Shown piece after piece: positions 39,793-49,341 of a DNA stretch of 64,000 nucleotides. The first letter of the stretch is position 1; each line of letters opens with the position of its first letter. The position numbers and the translations under genes are program-made. The DNA is taken from the NCBI GenBank assembly GCA_020636915.1, contig JACJWV010000015.1:59218-123217 (forward strand). Reading direction: 5' to 3'. The DNA is from Nocardioides sp. (GTDB lineage: Bacteria; Actinomycetota; Actinomycetes; Propionibacteriales; Nocardioidaceae). The notes under the pieces are model-generated. The model did no database searches. It was not told the origin of the DNA and worked only from the letters and a program-made list of their open reading frames with translations.

Positions 39793-40267
39793 GACCGCGA
39801 TCCTCGACGCCGCGGCGGCGCTGTTCGCCGAGCGCGGCGTCAACGCCGTGGGGATGGGCGAGGTCGCGCGGGCGGCCGGCTGCTCCCGGGCGACGCTCTA
39901 CCGCTGGTTCGCCGACCGCCACGAGCTGCACCGGGCGTTCGTGCACCGGGAGGCCCGCCGGATCGGGGCCCTGGTCGCTGCCGAGACCGACTCGGTGACC
40001 GACGCGGTGCTCGCCTCCGTGCGACACGTGCGGGAGTCGCCCGAGCTGCTCGCCTGGTTCGGTGCCGCGGACGCGCGCACCACCGCCGAGCTGGCGCAGT
40101 CCAGCGAGGTCGTCACGGCGCTCGGTCTGGGCGCGGTCGGCGACGAGCTCGCTGCACGGTGGCTGGTCCGGGTCATCGTCTCGCTCCTGATCGTGCCCGG
40201 GCGCGACGACGCCGAGGAGCGCGAGCTCGTCGAGCGCTTCGTCGTACCCGGTCTGGTCCCCCGGTAG
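39779..40267 (+). CDS. TetR/AcrR family regulator
   Basis: ILDAAAALFAERG...EVARAAGCSRATLYRWF. Confidence 0.92.
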   Translation: MKDQATAILDAAAALFAERGVNAVGMGEVARAAGCSRATLYRWFADRHELHRAFVHREARRIGALVAAETDSVTDAVLASVRHVRESPELLAWFGAADARTTAELAQSSEVVTALGLGAVGDELAARWLVRVIVSLLIVPGRDDAEERELVERFVVPGLVPR

Positions 40268-40281
40268 GGCAGGCTGGGCCC

Positions 40282-41955
40282 GTGCGCGCACCCCTCCACC
40301 ACCTCGGCATCGACCTCGCCTGGGGCGAGCGCCAGCGCACCGGCCTGGCGGTCCTCGACGCCGACGGCGCGCTGGTGCACCTCTCGAGCGTCCGCACCGA
40401 CGAGGAGATCAGGGCCGCGCTGGCGCCGTACGTCGACGGCCCCTGTCTCGCCGGCATCGACGCCCCGCTCGTCGTGACCAACCCGACGGGCTCACGCGTC
40501 GCGGAGCAGGAGCTGAACCGGGACTTCCGCGCGTTCGAGGCCGGCGCGCACCCCTCCAACACCGGCAAGCCCGAGTTCGCGAACGGCACCCGCGGCGCCC
40601 GGATCTGCAAGCTGCTCCGCCTCGACCTCGACCCGCGGTCCGGCCGCGACCGGCGGGCGATCGAGGTCTACCCGCACCCGGCGACCGTGGTGCTGTTCGG
40701 CCTCCCCAGGACGCTGAAGTACAAGGACAAGCGGGGCCGCACCCTCGACTCGATGCGAGCGGCGCTCCTGCAGCTGATGGACCACCTCGAGCGGGTGGTG
40801 CCCGACGACCGGACACCGGACGGGGCCTGGCGGGCGCTGCGCGCGGACGTCGAGGGCGCGACCCGCAAGAGCCAGCTCGGCGTGGCCGAGGACCAGGTGG
40901 ACGCGGTGGTGTGCGCCTACGTCGCGCTGTTCGCCGAGCGCTGGCCCGACCGGGTCACGACGTACGGCGACCTCGAGCGCGGCTACATCGTCACGCCGTC
41001 CCTGGGCGACGCCCACGACGCGATCCGGCGGGCGGTCGAGGAGTACGCCCGCCGCCACCCGAGCCTGGTCGCGCTCGCCGACTCCTACGTCGAGCAGGTG
41101 ACCTCGGTCCTCGACGAGGCCGGCGTCAACTACCTGAGCGTGACCGGCCGCGCCAAGAGCGTGGAGTCCTTCGCCACCAAGGCGGCCCGGACCGTCGACG
41201 GGGTGCCGGCCTTCACCGACCCGCTGCGCGAGATCACCGACCAGGTCGGCGTCCGGGTGATCACCTACGTGCGCAGCGACGTCGCCACGGTGGCCGACGT
41301 GCTGGGCGCCCAGCTGCGGGTGCTCGACGACCGCGACCTGGGCCAGGAGACCGCGAGCGAGGGGCGGTTCGGCTACGCCAGCCGGCACCTGCTCGTCGAG
41401 CGCGAGGACGGCGCGGTCGCCCAGGTGCAGGTGCGCACCGTGCTGCAGCACGCGTGGGCCGAGTTCGAGCACGACATCCGCTACAAGGGCACGGTGCCGC
41501 CCGAGCACGCCCAGGAGTTCGACCGCCGCTTCACCCTCGCCGCCGGGCTGCTGGAGCTCGCCGACCAGGAGTTCACCACGATCCGCGAGCGGCTGCGCGG
41601 CGCGGCGGTGTCCGAGCCCGCGACGGGCGAGGAGGGCGTCAGCCCGCGCGAGCTCGCGGCCTACCTCGCCGGCCAGTACGCCGACGCCGAGTGGTCGCGC
41701 CCCGACCACTACGCCTGGATCGCGGGCCTGCTGCCCGAGCTCGGCCTGGCGTCGCTGGCCGAGCTCGGCGGCGTCCTCGCGGGCGTCGACGAGGCGCGCA
41801 TCATCGAGCGGATGGACTACCGCTACCCGCCGGGCGCCGTACGCCGGCTGGACGACGCGTTGCTGAACGCCTTCGGCGAGCAGTACGTCGACCTGCCGGG
41901 CAACGCCCACCGCCGCGGCCTGCTCCAGGCGCGGCTGGAGCGGATGACCGGCTAG
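40282..41955 (+). CDS. relZ: DUF429 (RNase H-like) fused to a RelA/SpoT small alarmone synthetase domain, RelZ-like
   Basis: N-terminal GIDLAW, IDAPL, EVYPHP, DQVDA; C-terminal RAKSVES, DQVGVRV, GYASRH, QVRTVLQHAWAEFEHDIRYK. Confidence 0.75.
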   Translation: MRAPLHHLGIDLAWGERQRTGLAVLDADGALVHLSSVRTDEEIRAALAPYVDGPCLAGIDAPLVVTNPTGSRVAEQELNRDFRAFEAGAHPSNTGKPEFANGTRGARICKLLRLDLDPRSGRDRRAIEVYPHPATVVLFGLPRTLKYKDKRGRTLDSMRAALLQLMDHLERVVPDDRTPDGAWRALRADVEGATRKSQLGVAEDQVDAVVCAYVALFAERWPDRVTTYGDLERGYIVTPSLGDAHDAIRRAVEEYARRHPSLVALADSYVEQVTSVLDEAGVNYLSVTGRAKSVESFATKAARTVDGVPAFTDPLREITDQVGVRVITYVRSDVATVADVLGAQLRVLDDRDLGQETASEGRFGYASRHLLVEREDGAVAQVQVRTVLQHAWAEFEHDIRYKGTVPPEHAQEFDRRFTLAAGLLELADQEFTTIRERLRGAAVSEPATGEEGVSPRELAAYLAGQYADAEWSRPDHYAWIAGLLPELGLASLAELGGVLAGVDEARIIERMDYRYPPGAVRRLDDALLNAFGEQYVDLPGNAHRRGLLQARLERMTG

Positions 41956-42038
41956 CCGGCTGTGCCCGCCCGCTGGCGCGATGACTCCCGGCGCCGGAGC
42001 GGGTCAGCACCTGCAGAGGACGTCCGAGGGGAGCGCCG

Positions 42039-42386
42039 ATGTCACCGGAGCAGGTCGTGCGGGCCCAGCTCGATGCTTACCTCCGCCAGGACCGAGCCGC
42101 CGCCGAGTCGCTGGTCGGCGACTCGCTGGTGTTCACCAGCCCCCAGGACGACCACCTCGACCGCCGCGCGTTCTTCGACCGGTGCTTCCCGACCGCGGAC
42201 CGGTTCTCGAGGCACGAGCTCCTGCACCTGGTCCCGGCCGGGCACGAGGACGTCCTGGTCGTCTACGAGTACGACCTGGTGTCGGGTGGCACCCACCGCA
42301 ACGCCGAGCTGATCACCGTGCGGGACGGCCGGATCGTCGAGATCCAGGTCTTCTTCGGTGGGGCGGTGCGATCCGCCAGCGCGTGA
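42039..42386 (+). CDS. NTF2-like/SnoaL family protein
   Basis: FTSPQDDHLDR, RNAELITVRDGRI.EIQVFFG. Confidence 0.82.
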   Translation: MSPEQVVRAQLDAYLRQDRAAAESLVGDSLVFTSPQDDHLDRRAFFDRCFPTADRFSRHELLHLVPAGHEDVLVVYEYDLVSGGTHRNAELITVRDGRIVEIQVFFGGAVRSASA

Positions 42387-42411
42387 GCGACGGGCGTGAC
42401 ACGATCCGGCC

Positions 42412-44613
42412 ATGGGAGCAGGGAGGAAGGCGGCGCTGTGCGCTGCCACGGTGCTGGCACTGGCGGCCGGGGCGCTCGGCACGACGACGGGGAGCGCGAC
42501 CGCAGCGGGGACCGACGACTTCACGGTCCGGCCCAGCGTCAACCAGCTGTACGTGCTGGACGCGACGCCCGGGGAGGACCTGGCACTGGTGGACCACGAC
42601 GGCGCGGTCGTGGGCACCGGCACGGTGGACGAGCTCGGCAGCCTCGTGTGGCGTCAGCTGGACGCCGGCAGCTACACGGTCCGCACCACCGGTGACCCGG
42701 TGACCGAGTCCGACCCGGCGATGGTCACCGACTTCGACGGCCCGCCCCCGCCGCAGTCCTTCTACGACGGCCAGACCCTCCACGACGGGTTCAACTACAT
42801 CACCACGCGCGACGGCACGACGCTCTCGGCGAACGTCTCGCTGCCGTCCGGCGACGGGCCGTTCCCGACGGTCGTGGAGTACTCCGGCTACGACCCCAGC
42901 AACCCGGCCAACACGACGATGGCGACCCTCTTCAACACCCTCGGGTTCGCCTACGTCGGCGTGAACGTCCGCGGCACCGGCTGCTCGGGCGGCGCGTTCA
43001 TGACCTTCGAGCCCGTCCAGAGCATCGACGGCTACGACGTCATCGAGACGGTCGCCGCGCAGTCCTGGGCGCAGTTCCACCAGGTCGGCATGGTGGGCAT
43101 CTCCTACCCGGGCATCGAGCAGCTCTACGTCGCGCGGACCCAGCCGCCGCACCTGGCGGCGATCACCCCGCTGTCGGTCATCGACGACACCTACCGCGGA
43201 ACCCTCTACCCGGGCGGCATCCTCAACACCGGCTTCGCCGTCTCGTGGGCGGCCGAGCGGTCCCAGCAGTCGGAGCCCTACGGGCAGGCGTGGACCAAGG
43301 CGCGCGCCGACGCCGGCGACACGGTGTGCGCGGACAACCAGCGGGTGCGCCTCCAGAACGTCGACCTCGGAGCCATGATCGACGCGAACCCCTTCTACTC
43401 GCCCGAGATCGGGGACCCGATCAACCCGAGCGTGTGGGCTGACCAGATCGACGTCCCGGTCTTCATCGCCGGCGCCTGGCAGGACGAGCAGACCGGCGGC
43501 CACTTCCCGGCGCTGCTCGACGACCTCACCGGCTCGCCGGACGTCTACGCGACGATGAGCAACGGCTCCCACACCGAGTCGCTCGGCCTCGGGGTCTTCG
43601 GCCGGTACGCCGACTTCCTCGACCTCTACGTCGGCCGGCGGGTGCCTGGTGACGCCAAGAACTTCGTCGCGCCGATCCTCGCGCAGTCCATCACCGGCAT
43701 CGGCGGCCTGTCGCTGCCGCCCGGCATCGACTACACCGGCCTGACCTACCGCCAGGCGCTCGCGACGTACCGCGCCCAGCCCCACGTCCGGATCGGCTTC
43801 GAGGAGGGCGCAGCGGCCGGAGAGCCGTCGGGCTCCCCGATCCCACGCTTCGTGCGGACCTTCTCGTCCTGGCCGGTGCCGCAGGCGAAGCCCACCGCGT
43901 GGTACCTCACCCCCGGCGGCCGGCTCCGCAGCACGCCGTCCGGGCAACGTCCCGGTGACGCGCGCCAGCGCAGCTACAGCGCTGACCCGACGGCCCTGCC
44001 GGCCACCGACTACACCGGACCCGGCAACGACATCTGGAAGGCGCACCCGACCTACGACTGGCGGCAGATCCCGGCCGGCAAGGGCCTGGGCTGGATCAGC
44101 CCGCCGCTGAAGAAGACGGTCGTCGCCGTCGGCACCGGGTCGGTCGACCTCTGGGTGCGGTCCGACGCCCCGGACACCGACCTCGAGGTGACGCTGAGCG
44201 AGGTACGGCCCGACGGCACCGAGGTCTACGTGCAGTCCGGCTGGCTCCGCGCCAGCCACCGCGAGCTGGACCGTTCCGAGTCGACGCCGATCTCACCGGT
44301 GCACACCGACCTCGCGTCCGACGCCGCGCCGCTGCCGGCCGGGAAGCTCACCAGGCTGCGGGTGGAGCTGTTCCCGTTCGCCCAGGCCTTCCGCGAGGGC
44401 TCCCGGATCCGGATCACCGTCGACGCCCCGGGCGGCGCCCGGCCGCTGTGGGCCTTCGACACCACGATCGCCCACGGCGAGCGGGTCACCGTCGCCGCGG
44501 ACCGGGTCCACCGCTCGCGCGTCGTGCTCGCCGTCGTACCGAAGGTGAAGGTCCCGGCCACGGCCCCGCCCTGCGCGTCGCTGCGCAGCCAGCCCTGCCG
44601 CACCTATCCCTGA
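42412..44613 (+). CDS. Secreted CocE/NonD family serine hydrolase
   Basis: Signal peptide; TRDGTTL, RGTGCSGG, GISYPG nucleophile elbow, C-terminal SGWLRASHR. Confidence 0.88.
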   Translation: MGAGRKAALCAATVLALAAGALGTTTGSATAAGTDDFTVRPSVNQLYVLDATPGEDLALVDHDGAVVGTGTVDELGSLVWRQLDAGSYTVRTTGDPVTESDPAMVTDFDGPPPPQSFYDGQTLHDGFNYITTRDGTTLSANVSLPSGDGPFPTVVEYSGYDPSNPANTTMATLFNTLGFAYVGVNVRGTGCSGGAFMTFEPVQSIDGYDVIETVAAQSWAQFHQVGMVGISYPGIEQLYVARTQPPHLAAITPLSVIDDTYRGTLYPGGILNTGFAVSWAAERSQQSEPYGQAWTKARADAGDTVCADNQRVRLQNVDLGAMIDANPFYSPEIGDPINPSVWADQIDVPVFIAGAWQDEQTGGHFPALLDDLTGSPDVYATMSNGSHTESLGLGVFGRYADFLDLYVGRRVPGDAKNFVAPILAQSITGIGGLSLPPGIDYTGLTYRQALATYRAQPHVRIGFEEGAAAGEPSGSPIPRFVRTFSSWPVPQAKPTAWYLTPGGRLRSTPSGQRPGDARQRSYSADPTALPATDYTGPGNDIWKAHPTYDWRQIPAGKGLGWISPPLKKTVVAVGTGSVDLWVRSDAPDTDLEVTLSEVRPDGTEVYVQSGWLRASHRELDRSESTPISPVHTDLASDAAPLPAGKLTRLRVELFPFAQAFREGSRIRITVDAPGGARPLWAFDTTIAHGERVTVAADRVHRSRVVLAVVPKVKVPATAPPCASLRSQPCRTYP

Positions 44614-44621
44614 GGACGGTT

Positions 44622-44728
44622 GAGTCGAGACTTCCGCGCGTCGAGTCGAGAGTTCCGTCAGGTGAGTCGAGACTTCCGGCCGTCCGGTTGACCAGAAGTC
44701 TCGACTCGACCGACGGAAGTCTCGACTC
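44622..44728. repeat. 21-bp-periodic GAGTCGAGACTTCCG repeats, 3 direct plus 2 inverted
   Basis: Direct copies at 44622, 44643, 44664; inverted copies at 44693, 44714; between convergent genes. Confidence 0.88.
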
Positions 44729-44733
44729 GACCC

Positions 44734-45720
44734 TTACGACGAGGCGGCGCGAAGCTTCTCGAGCAGCGGGCGGGCGGCCTCGTCGAGGAAGCGGTCCTGG
44801 CCGTCGTCGCCGACCTGCACGATCGCGACGTCGGTGAAGCCGGCCTTCCAGTACGCCGACACCGACTCGACGATCATGTCCAGGTCGGGCCCGCACGGGA
44901 TGGAGCCCGCGACGTCCTCGGGACGCACGAACTGCGTCGCGCCGGAGAACCCGGCAGGCGTCGGCAGGTCGGCGTTGACCTGCCAGCCGCCGCCGAACCA
45001 GCGGAACTGCTCGTGCGCCCGCTTGACCGCCGTGTCCTCGTCGGGGTCCCAGCAGATCGGGATCTGGCCGATCGCCCGGGCGCCGTCGCCGATCCGGGGC
45101 GCGCCGTCGACGGCGTTCCAGCCGTCGACCAGGGACGACTCCGGCTCGACCCCGATCAGGTGGTCACCGAGCGGCGCGAACGCCGCGATCGCGCGCTCGC
45201 CCGCGACGGCGAGGCCGAGGTCGACCCCTTGGTCGGGGACGTCCCACACCCGTGCCGAGTCGACCTGGAAGTACTCGCCCCGGTAGTCGACCAGCTCGCC
45301 GGTGTGCAGCGACCGGATGATGTCGATGGCCTCGCGCAGCATCTCCTGGCGGTCCTGGATCGCCGGCCAGCCCTCGCCGACGACGTGCTCGTTGAGGTTC
45401 TCGCCGCTGCCCAGGCCGAGGGTGAACCGGCCCTCGGCCAGGATCTGCAATGTCGCCGACTTCTGGGCCACGACGGCGGGGTGGTAGCGCATCGTCGGGC
45501 AGGTCACGTAGGTCATCAGTCCCACTCGCGACGTCGCCTGGGCGACGGCGCCCAGCACGGTCCAGGCGTACGGCGCATGACCCTGCTCGGTCAGCCAGGG
45601 GGAGTAGTGGTCGCTGGAGACCTCGAAGTCGAAGCCCGCCTGCTCCGCGGCGACGGCGTACCGGACCAGGTCGCGCGGGCCGCTCTGCTCGGTCATCAGC
45701 GTGTAGCCGAAGTTCGTCAT
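44734..45720 (-). CDS. F420-dependent LLM-class oxidoreductase (G6PDH-like family)
   Basis: AEQAGFD, SDHYSPW, RYHPAVVAQ, GLGSGENLNEH. Confidence 0.9.
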   Translation of the reverse strand: MTNFGYTLMTEQSGPRDLVRYAVAAEQAGFDFEVSSDHYSPWLTEQGHAPYAWTVLGAVAQATSRVGLMTYVTCPTMRYHPAVVAQKSATLQILAEGRFTLGLGSGENLNEHVVGEGWPAIQDRQEMLREAIDIIRSLHTGELVDYRGEYFQVDSARVWDVPDQGVDLGLAVAGERAIAAFAPLGDHLIGVEPESSLVDGWNAVDGAPRIGDGARAIGQIPICWDPDEDTAVKRAHEQFRWFGGGWQVNADLPTPAGFSGATQFVRPEDVAGSIPCGPDLDMIVESVSAYWKAGFTDVAIVQVGDDGQDRFLDEAARPLLEKLRAASS

Positions 45721-45762
45721 GGAGCCGGAGTACCCACTTGCCGCGGGCGTAACGTCGGCACC

Positions 45763-46266
45763 ATGTCACCAGCGGACGTCTACATCGACTTCTTCGAGCG
45801 GGTCCTGGAGAACGGCGTCGCCGTGGTCGGCGGCCTCGACGAGGACGAGCTCGCCCATCGCCCGACGCCGGACGCCAACTCGATCGCCTGGCTGGTCTGG
45901 CACGCGGCCCGCGTGCAGGACGCGCAGATCGCCGACGTGGCCGGCACCGAGCAGCTGTGGTTGGCCGACGGGTGGGTCGACCGGTTCGGGCTCGACCTCG
46001 ACCCGCAGGACCACGGGTACGGGCACACCAGTGAGCAGGTCGGCAAGGTGCGCGCGAGCAGCGACCTGCTGACCGACTACCTGCGCGCCTGCCACGGGGC
46101 GACGGTCGCCTACCTGCGCACCCTGGGCGAGGCCGACCTCGACCGGATCGTCGACGAGCGCTGGGACCCACCGGTCACCCTGGGCGTGCGGCTGGTGAGC
46201 ATCGCCGACGACGACGCCCAGCACGTCGGGCAGGCCGCCTACCTGCGGGGGCTGCTCGGCCGCTGA
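45763..46266 (+). CDS. DinB-superfamily (mycothiol transferase-like) protein
   Basis: NSIAWLVWH, WDPPVTLGVRLVS, QHVGQAAY. Confidence 0.85.
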   Translation: MSPADVYIDFFERVLENGVAVVGGLDEDELAHRPTPDANSIAWLVWHAARVQDAQIADVAGTEQLWLADGWVDRFGLDLDPQDHGYGHTSEQVGKVRASSDLLTDYLRACHGATVAYLRTLGEADLDRIVDERWDPPVTLGVRLVSIADDDAQHVGQAAYLRGLLGR

Positions 46267-46313
46267 GCCGGGCGCCGGTCCCTCCAGGGATTGCCCACGG
46301 AGTCGGTCCGGGG

Positions 46314-47612
46314 TCAGCCCGCCTCCGGCAGGGCCCGGGTGGTGATCCGGTACCGGACGAACGACGGTACGGCGATCGCGGCGACCACCGTGCCGACGAC
46401 GACCAGCACGCCCCCGCCGGCCGCGGCCGCCGCCGTACCGACCGCCGCTGCGGCCGCCCCGTGGACGACGTCGGCGACCCGCGGGCCGCCCGCGACCACG
46501 ACGATGAACACGCCCTGCAGCCGGCCGCGGACCGAGTCGGTGGCGGCGCTCTGCAGCATGCTGGTGCGGAACGCCGCGGAGGCCATGTCGGCGGCACCGC
46601 CGACCACGAGCATCAGCAGGGCGGCGAGCAGCATCGCCTGTTGCCACGACTCCGACCCGCGGTCCGCCAGTCCCACCGCGACGCCGAAGCCGGTCATCGC
46701 GGCGCCCCAGACGAGGATGCAGACGATGACGGCGTACCCCTGCCGGTCCACGCGCGAGACCCATCCGGAGAAGACCCCGCCGATCACCGACCCCGCCGGG
46801 ATCGCGGCGAAGAGCAGCGCGAAGACGAGCCCGCCGCTGTCGGGTCCGCCGAAGGACTCGTGCGCGATCTGCGGGAACAGCGCGCGCGGCATCCCGAAGA
46901 CCATCGCGATCAGGTCGACGACGAAGGACATCAGCAGCACCGGATGGCCGCCGAGGTAGGCGAATCCCTCGATCACCGAGCGCAGGCCGGGCGAGCCGGT
47001 CACGCCCTCGACCGGCAGGCGAGGCAACCGCACCACGGCACTCAGCGTGGCGAACAGCGAGATCGCGTCGATCAGGTAGAGCCACGAGAACCCGAGGACG
47101 GGGATGAGCACGCCGGCGATCAGCGGGCCGCCGATGGCCCCGGCCATCACGATCGTCATGTTGAGCGAGTTGGCCGCGGGGAGCAGCTCGGCGGTGAACA
47201 GCTTCGGCAGGACCGCGCTGCGAGTGGGCTGGTTGACCGCGAAGAATGCCTGCTGGACCGAGAACAGCCCGAGCAGCAGCCACACGCTGGTGTTGCCGGC
47301 CGCGGCCTGGACCCAGAAGAGCACGCTGGTCGCGATTAGCCCGGACGTCGTGACGATCAGGATGGACCGTCGGTCGAAGACATCGGCCAGGGCACCACCC
47401 CAGAGGCCGAAGACGATCAGCGGGACCAGGCCGAAGAGGCCGGTGAGGCCGACGTACGCCGAGGAGTCGGTGAGCTGGTAGATCTGCGCCGGCACGGCGA
47501 CGACCGTGAGCTGGGCGCCGACGACCGTGACGATGTTGGCCAGCCACAGCCGGCGGAAGTACTCGTTGCGCAGCGGCCGGGTGTCGGCCACCAGTCCCCG
47601 GAGTCTGCGCAC
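46314..47612 (-). CDS. MFS transporter (EntS/DHA3-like)
   Basis: GGALADVFDRR motif A; about 12 TM; RGRLQG; TAGGTT -10 box just upstream. Confidence 0.9.
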   Translation of the reverse strand: MRRLRGLVADTRPLRNEYFRRLWLANIVTVVGAQLTVVAVPAQIYQLTDSSAYVGLTGLFGLVPLIVFGLWGGALADVFDRRSILIVTTSGLIATSVLFWVQAAAGNTSVWLLLGLFSVQQAFFAVNQPTRSAVLPKLFTAELLPAANSLNMTIVMAGAIGGPLIAGVLIPVLGFSWLYLIDAISLFATLSAVVRLPRLPVEGVTGSPGLRSVIEGFAYLGGHPVLLMSFVVDLIAMVFGMPRALFPQIAHESFGGPDSGGLVFALLFAAIPAGSVIGGVFSGWVSRVDRQGYAVIVCILVWGAAMTGFGVAVGLADRGSESWQQAMLLAALLMLVVGGAADMASAAFRTSMLQSAATDSVRGRLQGVFIVVVAGGPRVADVVHGAAAAAVGTAAAAAGGGVLVVVGTVVAAIAVPSFVRYRITTRALPEAG

Positions 47613-47667
47613 GATCACCGAACCTAACCCGGGCGGCTGGTGTTCCCCGCCTCGGTACCGTCGTGGT

Positions 47668-48162
47668 GTGACCGAGGACCACCCCGCGGAGTCCGTCTGG
47701 GACTACCCGCGACCGCCGCGCGTGGAGCCGAGCTCCGAGCGCGTGGAGATCGAGCTCGCCGGCGTCGTCGTGGCCTCGACGGACCGCAGCTGGCGGGTCC
47801 TCGAGACCAGCCACCCGCCGACGTACTACCTGCCGCGTGAGGCCTTCGCCGCCGGGGTCCTCCGGCCGGTCGCCGGGCACACCTGGTGCGAGTGGAAGGG
47901 GCAGGCGTCGTACCTCGACCTGGTCGTGCGGGACCCGTCCGGCGCCGACCGCGTCGCCGCGCGGGCGGCGTGGACCTACCCGACGCCGACCGCGGGCTTC
48001 GAGGCGATCGCCGGCGCGGTCGCGGTGATGCCCGCCCTGGTCGACCGCTGCACCGTCGACGGCGAGGTGGTCGTGCCCCAGCCCGGGGGCTTCTACGGCG
48101 GCTGGATCACCCGTCGGGTGACCGGCCCGTTCAAGGGCGGGCCGGGCACGACCGGGTGGTGA
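47668..48162 (+). CDS. DUF427 domain protein
   Basis: ESVWDYPRPP, VLETSHPPTYY, CEWKG.A.Y, FYGGWIT, GPFKG.PGT.GW. Confidence 0.9.
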   Translation: MTEDHPAESVWDYPRPPRVEPSSERVEIELAGVVVASTDRSWRVLETSHPPTYYLPREAFAAGVLRPVAGHTWCEWKGQASYLDLVVRDPSGADRVAARAAWTYPTPTAGFEAIAGAVAVMPALVDRCTVDGEVVVPQPGGFYGGWITRRVTGPFKGGPGTTGW

Positions 48163-48221
48163 CGGCGCGCTCGGTCAGGGCAGTCGTTCTCGGGGCCGGT
48201 CGTTCTCTGAGCCAGTGGTGC

Positions 48222-49256
48222 TCAGGGGCAGTAGTTCTGGGTCGGCGTGCGGCCCAGGAGCCGGTCGGCGAGCAGGTCGCACCACTGGCCGGACGGCCCG
48301 CCGCCGTTGACCTGGCCATCGGACTCGCCGGGGTGCTTGACCCAGAGGTTGCCGTCGAACGCACCGTCCAGGACGAGCCGCGGCGGCTTCCCGATCAACG
48401 CCCAGGTCGGGTTGGTGACGTCGCCGTCGACCGGTGCCGCGGCACCGTTGCGCGACGTGTCGATGACGTAGTGCATGCCCCTGACGCCGAGCTTGCGAAG
48501 GCCACGGAGCAGATCGCCGGCGTAGTCCTTCTCGTCAGCTGTGGTGCGGTAGTTCGCCACGTTGGTGCTCAAGCCGCGGTCGTAGCCGATGCCGGCCTTC
48601 TTCAGCAGGGCTGCCCGGTCGTCGTAGGGCGTCCAGTCCGAATGGCCGGCGTCGAGGTAGACCCATGCGCCGGCGCCGCTGAGCACGCGGGAGGCGTAGC
48701 GAAGAAGGCCGAGCCGGTCACCGGCGTTCCGGCACCGGGGATCTCCGTAGAACGGGATCGCGTCGGGCTCCAGGACGAGGAGCGCGTCCTGGTCGCGCAC
48801 CCCCTTCGCGATCTGCTTGATCCACGCCTTGTACTCGGCCGCGCCAGGAAGCCCGCCGGAGGAGTACAACCCGCAGTCCCGATCCGGGATGCCGTAGACG
48901 GCGAGGACCGGTGTCTTGTTCGCGCCGAGCGCGCGCGAGGTGTACGCGCGAACCACGTCGCGAACCGTGTTGGTCGGGTAGTACTCAGGACCCAGCCAGA
49001 GCGCCTGGGCACGCGACCCGAGCTCCTGCTGGTAGACGCCGCCTGCCTGGTACGCCGGCATCTTGGGGTCCACGAACAGCCCGCGGCTCTTGCGCGGGTC
49101 CTTGCCGGCCTTCGCTGCCGCTGCTGGGTGCTCCGCGGTCGTCGGACCGTGGGCCGGCTCGGCCACCGAGGGTGCGCCCCAGCAGGTGAGGAGCAGCGCG
49201 ACGACGGCCAGGACCGGCGCGAGCGCACGCGCACGAGAGGACGACACGGGGGGCAC
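48222..49256 (-). CDS. Secreted glycoside hydrolase family 6 (no CBM)
   Basis: YGIPDRDC, LEPDA, YLDAGH, NVANY, IDTSRNG, WVKHPGESDG. Confidence 0.9.
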   Translation of the reverse strand: MPPVSSSRARALAPVLAVVALLLTCWGAPSVAEPAHGPTTAEHPAAAAKAGKDPRKSRGLFVDPKMPAYQAGGVYQQELGSRAQALWLGPEYYPTNTVRDVVRAYTSRALGANKTPVLAVYGIPDRDCGLYSSGGLPGAAEYKAWIKQIAKGVRDQDALLVLEPDAIPFYGDPRCRNAGDRLGLLRYASRVLSGAGAWVYLDAGHSDWTPYDDRAALLKKAGIGYDRGLSTNVANYRTTADEKDYAGDLLRGLRKLGVRGMHYVIDTSRNGAAAPVDGDVTNPTWALIGKPPRLVLDGAFDGNLWVKHPGESDGQVNGGGPSGQWCDLLADRLLGRTPTQNYCP

Positions 49257-49341
49257 CCTCCCAGGGTAGGTCGGCGGCGCCTGCGCCGGGTACTTCTCGG
49301 CTCACCCTTGCGCCGGTGCTGAGGGAACCTTGAGGCGCGCC

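Noticed and set aside
44622-44728. Mini-CRISPR, or a peptide-repeat ORF (VESRLP)
   Set aside because: Spacers are only 6 bp and orientation is mixed; the overlapping ORFs are shadows of flanking genes.
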